Shown here one piece after another: positions 59,401 through 64,000 of a stretch of DNA of 64,000 nucleotides (the stretch's first letter is position 1; the number at the start of each line of letters is the position of its first letter). The notes under the pieces were generated by a model. It was not told the DNA's origin. It ran no database searches and was given only the letters and a program-made list of their open reading frames with translations. The position numbers and the translations under genes are program-made. Source of the stretch: Polyangiaceae bacterium (GTDB taxonomy: Bacteria > Myxococcota_A > Polyangia > Polyangiales > Polyangiaceae); assembly GCA_965222375.1 (NCBI GenBank), contig CBDCTZ010000016.1:1408001-1472000 (forward strand). Reading direction: 5' to 3'.

Positions 59401-59623
59401 CCAGTCCAATCGCAAGGGTAGCGACAAGAAGAAGTTGGACATTTCCTTCGAAGCTGCCTTGAACCCCGGCGTGAACGTTGTCACGGTCGTGACTCGTGAG
59501 AACGAAGACACCGCGACGAGGCGCACCCTCATCGTGCGCCGGGATGGCAAGAAGGGCGAAGCTCTCCCGACACCAAAGAGCGAAGAGTTCGGTGCCGACT
59601 GGGAGTTCCACGGCGCCAACTGA
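56489..59623 (+). CDS. S41 carboxy-terminal protease (PDZ) with long C-terminal extension, MXAN_5808-like
   Basis: LDPHS, FGGLGI, DLRGNPGG, SASASEI, TFGKGSVQ. Confidence 0.92.
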   Translation: MRILERVGRGLVVLSVFALASYFALNFGTGGLWRGLEAAHAVTAPGEHKAPYDLTQLQAVNETLKTIRDKYVEPSRVSPRQMFLNALNQVQKEVAQVIISHDKKSPTVKVRIETEEKEFRVDNVQGPWDVAARLREVFVFLQKHLKNTEVDLREVEYAACNGILRTLDPHSIFLSPEAYREMNLSTSGHFGGLGIVISIRDQMLTIMRPMPDTPAGRAGLKRLDRITKINNESTLNMPLDDAVKRLRGKPGSKVTIWIHRDGKNGWQGSRPFELTREEIRIRSIDARSLGNGIGYVRIKQFQQSTDNELEAALSGLAKGERIKGIVLDLRGNPGGLLDQAAKVANRFLDAGVIVATVGASEGREEKKATRRETQPPYPIVVLASGSSASASEIVAGALKNRDRAVLVGQTTFGKGSVQLVFPRITPDGAALKLTIAQYLTPGDVSIQGVGVTPDIQLDPMTADTLEMDLFREDSPLKERDLSKSLTGAARRSSDRPFFKLRYNLPESRRAKMRELGGDLDDEFQLDYPIKFSRDLAAKLPPGGRSDQLRAVKSFLNRSQDTQIAAISGDLAKLGIDWGAPPKGAKERTKAKDFEVKAETDRKGHIVRAGKPMHLKVSVKNNAKAPVYQLRAVTKSDTGYYDEKELVFGRINAGETKTASVPLGWCDIDGRRPGSTKPLPTDAKRKCKIPKDALDRQDVVKIRFHAEGGDPPADAELRPTVKSLPRPVFAYSYQITDDRPGNGDGQLTRGEGATVYLTVKNVGKGRSYETQANLRNLTGDGLLLRAGRFDISNMKPGEVREVAFTFDVTGALRESFAKIDISVSDRDLRVVSNEKVTIPITRSGLFVKKAEGTVRTGRRVSVRGQPVADSRVIAGIPAGVTLARLGTFGGFTKVRLEGSRFGYVKTDGVAAANGPAGKFKLEPTLSRSPPLLEVAPAALATRGTTVRIKATARDGDRVLDAYAFVGSRKVFYQSNRKGSDKKKLDISFEAALNPGVNVVTVVTRENEDTATRRTLIVRRDGKKGEALPTPKSEEFGADWEFHGAN

Positions 59624-59641
59624 CGAATCCGGAGCTGGAGC

Positions 59642-60400
59642 ATGATCCGTTTTCACGTGAACGTGGACCACGTGGCGACCCTGAGGAACGCCCGTGGAAC
59701 GTCGTACCCAGATCCGATTTTCGCGGCAAAGGTATGCGAGCAAGCTGGAGCTGATGGCATTACATGCCACCTCCGAGAGGACCGTCGTCACATCAAAGAT
59801 GGTGACCTTGACCGCTTGCGGGCCGAAATCGGCACCGTGCTGAATCTAGAAATGGCGGCCACAAAAGACATGACCAAGGTCGCCGAACGGGTTCGTCCGG
59901 ACGTGATCACTCTGGTGCCCGAGCGCCGGGAAGAGCGCACGACCGAAGGTGGCCTGGACGTGCTGGCGAACCGGAGCGCCATCGAGCCCATAGCTGAACT
60001 TTGCGAGCGCGAGGGGATCAAGTTGAGTTTGTTCGTCGAGGCGGACGAAAAGCAGCTCGCCGCGAGCCGCGCCATGGGGGCACGGCAGGTCGAGCTGCAC
60101 ACTGGCCAGTATTGCAACGCATCGGTCGCTGAAGCTGGTGAACGCTTGGTTCGTTTGCGAGTCGGAGCTCGGCGAGCGTTTGAATTGGGCTTGGAAGTGG
60201 CCGCTGGCCATGGGCTGACGCGGCACAACTTGGTTGAGATCGCGCGCATCGATCAAGTCGAGGAACTCAACATCGGGCATTCTCTGATCGCGGACGCCGT
60301 GTTTGGTGGATTGGACCAGGTTGTCCGGGACTTCAGGAGTGCCATCACGCGCGGGATGCTTTTGCGTACCCAGGCAGCGGTCGACACTCGTCGACGTTGA
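59642..60400 (+). CDS. pdxJ: Pyridoxine 5'-phosphate synthase
   Basis: VNVDHVATLRNAR, HLREDRRHI, NLEMA, TTEGGLD, ELNIGH. Confidence 0.97.
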   Translation: MIRFHVNVDHVATLRNARGTSYPDPIFAAKVCEQAGADGITCHLREDRRHIKDGDLDRLRAEIGTVLNLEMAATKDMTKVAERVRPDVITLVPERREERTTEGGLDVLANRSAIEPIAELCEREGIKLSLFVEADEKQLAASRAMGARQVELHTGQYCNASVAEAGERLVRLRVGARRAFELGLEVAAGHGLTRHNLVEIARIDQVEELNIGHSLIADAVFGGLDQVVRDFRSAITRGMLLRTQAAVDTRRR

Positions 60401-60443
60401 TTTCTCTCGACAGCCGGCCGCGTCCCGTCAGAAGCTGGCGCAC

Positions 60444-60827
60444 ATGGTTGTCGGCCTCGGAATCGACGTGGCCTCCATCGCGCGGATCCGCAGTTGCCTG
60501 GATCGATTTGGTGACCGCTTCTGGCAGCGCATTCTCACCGACGCGGAGCGTGAAGAACTCGGCGCCCAGCGCGGGGATCGTGCGGTGACCCTAGCGGGTC
60601 GTTTCGCAGCCAAAGAAGCCTTCAGCAAGGCCCTGGGCGCGCCGCCGGATGTTTGGTTCCACGATGTAGAGGTACGGCGAGGTGCTGGTGGCGTGCCGCG
60701 GCTCGCTTGGTCCGGTGCGGCGACGGCGCGTGCGGCCTCTTTGGGCGTGACCAGTGGCCACGTGAGCATCACCCACGACGCGGGCGTGGCGGCTGCGGTG
60801 GTCGTACTGGAGCGAGGAGAGAAGTGA
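60444..60827 (+). CDS. acpS: Holo-ACP synthase
   Basis: GLGIDV, AGRFAAKEAFSKALG, VSITHD. Confidence 0.95.
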   Translation: MVVGLGIDVASIARIRSCLDRFGDRFWQRILTDAEREELGAQRGDRAVTLAGRFAAKEAFSKALGAPPDVWFHDVEVRRGAGGVPRLAWSGAATARAASLGVTSGHVSITHDAGVAAAVVVLERGEK

Positions 60828-62380
60828 AACCCGTACTGTCTCGCGCCCAGAGCAGGAAACTCGACCGCCGCGCCATGGAAGTGTGCGGCGTGCCCGGTAT
60901 TTCCCTGATGGAGAATGCCGGGCGAGGGGCAGCCGAGGCCATCGTTGCCATGTGCGTCGAGCACACGCGCGTGGTGATTGTTTGCGGTGCCGGGAACAAT
61001 GCCGGTGATGGCTACGTCATTGCTCGCCGCCTGCTCACCGCTCGGGAGCCAAGTCGCGTCTTTTCCCTTGTTGCGCCGGAACGCCTGCGTGGGGACGCCA
61101 AGGCCAACTACGATGCGTTGACGGGGTTGTCCCAGTCCGTGGTTCTATGTGACTCGGAGGAGGCCCTAGCCAAGCTGGAGGCAGAACTTGCTGCATTGGG
61201 ACCAGCTGACATTCTGGTGGACGGAATCTTTGGGACGGGGCTCGACCGAAACATCGAGGGCCATTTTGCTCGAGCTATTGCGCTGATGAACGAGTGCCTC
61301 GCGCGCCGTGTGGCACTCGACATTCCATCCGGAGTCTGTGCGGATACGGGGGCCGTACTGGGCATTGCCGTGAATGCGGATGTCACAACCACCTTTGCGC
61401 AACACAAACTCGGGTTGTGCACATCTCAGGGGGCGCGGCACGTTGGGGAACTTCAGCTGGTCGACATAGGCATCCCGGCCGAGGTAGCCCGAGCCGTCGG
61501 CTTCGATGCGGAACTGGTCGAAGAGCTGGATGCAGCGGAGTGGCTACACCCGCGTTCGCCCGACGTGCACAAGAGAAGCGCGGGCCATGTGCTGTGCTTT
61601 GCTGGCTCCCGGGGCACGAGCGGTGCGGCTTTGCTGTGCGCACAGGGTGCTTTGCGCGGCGGCGCTGGCCTGGTGACCCTGGCGGGCTTTCCGGACACGC
61701 TGTCGGTGCTCGAGCCGCGTGTGCTCGAAGCCATGACTACGAGGATCGAGGAGGCGGCGCTGGGGACTTCTTTGAATTCTCTAATTGCCAAATCGGATAG
61801 CGTTGTGGTTGGGCCAGGCTTCGGCTTGGATGTGCGGGCCGAAAAGGTCGTTGAGCATCTAGTTCGAACAGCTGAATGTCCGATCATCGTGGATGCGGAC
61901 GCTCTTACGTGCCTCGCCCCTCGTCTGAGTGGCCTGAAAGCCTGCAGGGGCGAGCTGGTCTTGACGCCCCATCCCGGCGAGTTGGGGCGCATGCTGGGAA
62001 CGAATTCTGCGGAAGTCGAGACCAACCGCTTCGCGGCAGTAGCGCGTGCCGCAGATCTCAGCGGTGCCGTCGTGCTGCTGAAAGGTCCCTTCACTCTCAT
62101 AGCGAAGGCCGGAGAGCGGCTCTGGATCAACGACGGCGCCTCGCCGGTCCTCGCCACCGCGGGTTCTGGAGACGTGCTCTCGGGCCTGATCGGCGCTCTT
62201 GCATGTGGCCTTGAGCCCCGGCGTGCAGCAGCCCTCGGCGCCTTCGTCCACGCCCGCTCAGGGCGGAATTGGCAGCTGGCCACCGGTGCGGACCGCGGCA
62301 TGCTGGCGCGCGAGATCGCGGACGGTGTGCCGGGGGTATTTGCCGAGCTGGCGCGCTCCAGTCAGGCGCTGCCAGATTGA
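60824..62380 (+). CDS. nnr: Bifunctional NAD(P)HX epimerase/dehydratase
   Basis: LMENAG, GNNAGDG, DIPSG, GPGFG, DADAL, TPHPGE, GSGDVL. Confidence 0.95.
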   Translation: MKPVLSRAQSRKLDRRAMEVCGVPGISLMENAGRGAAEAIVAMCVEHTRVVIVCGAGNNAGDGYVIARRLLTAREPSRVFSLVAPERLRGDAKANYDALTGLSQSVVLCDSEEALAKLEAELAALGPADILVDGIFGTGLDRNIEGHFARAIALMNECLARRVALDIPSGVCADTGAVLGIAVNADVTTTFAQHKLGLCTSQGARHVGELQLVDIGIPAEVARAVGFDAELVEELDAAEWLHPRSPDVHKRSAGHVLCFAGSRGTSGAALLCAQGALRGGAGLVTLAGFPDTLSVLEPRVLEAMTTRIEEAALGTSLNSLIAKSDSVVVGPGFGLDVRAEKVVEHLVRTAECPIIVDADALTCLAPRLSGLKACRGELVLTPHPGELGRMLGTNSAEVETNRFAAVARAADLSGAVVLLKGPFTLIAKAGERLWINDGASPVLATAGSGDVLSGLIGALACGLEPRRAAALGAFVHARSGRNWQLATGADRGMLAREIADGVPGVFAELARSSQALPD

Positions 62381-62448
62381 CACGCCGGGTGCGTCCCCTG
62401 GGACGCGCGGTGCGTGCGAAAATCTGAAGCTTCCTGCGATTTGCGGGT

Positions 62449-62463
62449 TGGCACGCACCTTGC
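62449..62463 (+). promoter_or_regulatory. Sigma54 -24/-12 promoter
   Basis: TGGCAC-GCACC-TTGC, exact consensus, followed by a GGAGG SD and ATG 62492. Confidence 0.8.
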
Positions 62464-62491
62464 GGAGGGAGTCCCAACGGAGGACACCTGA

Positions 62492-63022
62492 ATGCTTTCA
62501 ACGGATACCCCACCTCGCACCATGCGCGACGAGATCACGGACCATCTGCCGGCGCTTCGCGCCCGAGCCATGAAGCTGTGCCTGAACCGCACCGAGGCCA
62601 ATGACCTCGTGCAAGACACAGTCGAACGCGCGCTGCGTTTCGAGTCCAGCTACGTAGCTGGCACTAATCTGCGAGCGTGGGCGCAGCAGGTCCTATTCAG
62701 CGTCTTTGTCACACGCTGCCGTCGACTCAGGCGCGAACGGCGAGCGATGGATGTACTCAGTACGGACCCCTGCGCCTGGACCCATCGCGATGCGCCGCCG
62801 CCCATGGCGTCTCTTTCACCGCGGGTGAACCGTGCTCTGTCGGAGTTGCCGCCAGCGTTTCGGGATGTGGTTCGCCTGGTCGACTTGGATGAACGTAGCT
62901 ACAAGGATGCCGCGGCCGTGTTGCGCATTCCCGTCGGGACCGTAATGAGCCGGCTGTTCCGCGGGCGTCGCATGCTTCGGCAAAGCCTCCAACCCGATGT
63001 GCCTACCCTTCGCGCGGCGTGA
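62492..63022 (+). CDS. ECF RNA polymerase sigma factor
   Basis: NDLVQDT, GTNLRAW, SYKDAAAVL.IPVGTVMSRLFRGR. Confidence 0.92.
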   Translation: MLSTDTPPRTMRDEITDHLPALRARAMKLCLNRTEANDLVQDTVERALRFESSYVAGTNLRAWAQQVLFSVFVTRCRRLRRERRAMDVLSTDPCAWTHRDAPPPMASLSPRVNRALSELPPAFRDVVRLVDLDERSYKDAAAVLRIPVGTVMSRLFRGRRMLRQSLQPDVPTLRAA

Positions 63023-63170
63023 GGTTTCCCTGCGGTCACCCGGTTGCTCTTGGGCCTCCCGCACAGGCTGGCGGCTAGGGCGCAAGGCGGAGACGTCGTG
63101 ATCGATGGCGAGCCCCGTGCGGCGCGTGCTTTCGCGTCACCTTGCCCACAGGGCTCGGCTGATTCCTGCA

Positions 63171-63947
63171 CTAAGGGAGGAGCTCGACGTGCCCCGCGCG
63201 GACGTGCTTGGGCCCGCTTTGGGTTTCCAAAATCAGCTCCCCGCTCGCGGTGAGCCCGGCTGCAACTCCCCGCGCTCTACCCACCTGAACCCGGCGACCC
63301 CTGAGCACATCGTGCTCACCCAGCTCGGGCAGGATCGCTACCAGGCCGCCCCGCACCACCTGGCCTACCCGATGTGCGATGCCTTCGAGAGTGTCCAAGA
63401 GTAGGACTTCCCGCCGCTCTTTCCGTCCGAGCTGAGCGAAGGAGACAGCGCTTGCAGCAAGCTCCGTGGGAAACGCGACAGTCGCGACGTTGAGGCCCAC
63501 ACCGACGATGACGGCGGAAAGTTGCCCTGACTGAACCACGCTTTCCAAGAGCACACCCGCCAGCTTGCGCTCGCCCACCCAGACGTCGTTCGGCCATTTG
63601 ATTCCGACACGCTCGCCGGGGAGCCGGCGCGCTGCGACATCACGCACTGCGAGGCCCACGCCTAGGGTCAACAGCGGCGCCCGCGCTGGCGGCAGCTTCG
63701 GTCGCAACAGGACGCTGAAGGTCAGGTTCTCCGACGCCGGTGCCAGCCACGAGTTTCCTTGCCGCCCGCGGCCCTCGGTCTGGAAATCAGCGCTAAACGT
63801 TGCGCCTTCCGGCGCGCCTGCTCGGGCCGCAGCCAGGGCATCGTCATTGGTGGAGCCCGTCTCGGCCTTGGCTGTGATCGGTGCGCCGAGGCCGAGCTTT
63901 CGGAGGCGTTGTTCTGCGCGGAAGAAGCCGACGTCGAAAGTCGTCAC
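63171..63947 (-). CDS. birA: Biotin--[acetyl-CoA-carboxylase] ligase, no HTH domain
   Basis: STND, QTEGRGRQG, KWPND, KLAGVL, GVGLN. Confidence 0.95.
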   Translation of the reverse strand: MTTFDVGFFRAEQRLRKLGLGAPITAKAETGSTNDDALAAARAGAPEGATFSADFQTEGRGRQGNSWLAPASENLTFSVLLRPKLPPARAPLLTLGVGLAVRDVAARRLPGERVGIKWPNDVWVGERKLAGVLLESVVQSGQLSAVIVGVGLNVATVAFPTELAASAVSFAQLGRKERREVLLLDTLEGIAHRVGQVVRGGLVAILPELGEHDVLRGRRVQVGRARGVAAGLTASGELILETQSGPKHVRAGHVELLP

Positions 63948-64000
63948 AGTGGTGTCAGGTCGAGGGCGATGTCTGCGGCGGGTGCCGAATGGGACAAAGC
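63944..64000 (-). CDS. nadC: C-terminus of quinolinate phosphoribosyltransferase (partial)
   Basis: ALSHSAPAADIALDLTPL*; overlaps the birA start (GTGA). Confidence 0.7.
   Translation of the reverse strand, partial: ALSHSAPAADIALDLTPL

Noticed and set aside
59649..59664. parS-like GTTTTCACGTGAACGT
   Set aside because: Only 11 of 16 positions match, and it encodes the FHVNV start of PdxJ.

Overview
GC-rich bacterial chromosome segment, most consistent with Myxococcota (Polyangiaceae-like). That call rests on three Hanks-type Ser/Thr kinases with TPR/PEGA partners, an FHA-sigma54 activator, many Gly/Ser-linker lipoproteins and a MXAN_5808-like S41 protease. Housekeeping blocks (infC-thrS-tRNA-Val, cysC, yajC-secD-secF; recJ-mlaF-mlaD-S41 protease-pdxJ-acpS-nnr, birA, nadC end) flank a ~40 kb accessory region. 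Signals the ORF track misses: (1) a BCP/PrxQ peroxiredoxin whose peroxidatic Cys codon is an in-frame TGA followed by a SECIS-like hairpin (probable selenoprotein, 12382-12822); (2) a recurring TANNNT-N6-9-start architecture suggesting widespread leaderless mRNAs; (3) an AT-rich palindrome ACTTATATGCA-N3-TGCATATAAG found twice, each time at the 3' end of a kinase/TPR module; (4) a sigma54-preceded four-gene operon of three propeller lipoproteins and a beta-barrel; (5) divergent persulfide dioxygenase/TauE genes with two sigma54 motifs and phased GAAAC repeats; (6) a secreted PLD-PHP fusion running off the left edge; (7) a decayed transposon-like element, a chimeric pseudogene and a nucleotidyltransferase toxin-antitoxin-like pair. 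Several single frameshifts may be sequencing errors. No CRISPR array, rRNA or prophage seen. All calls come from reading the sequence by eye; no database searches were run.
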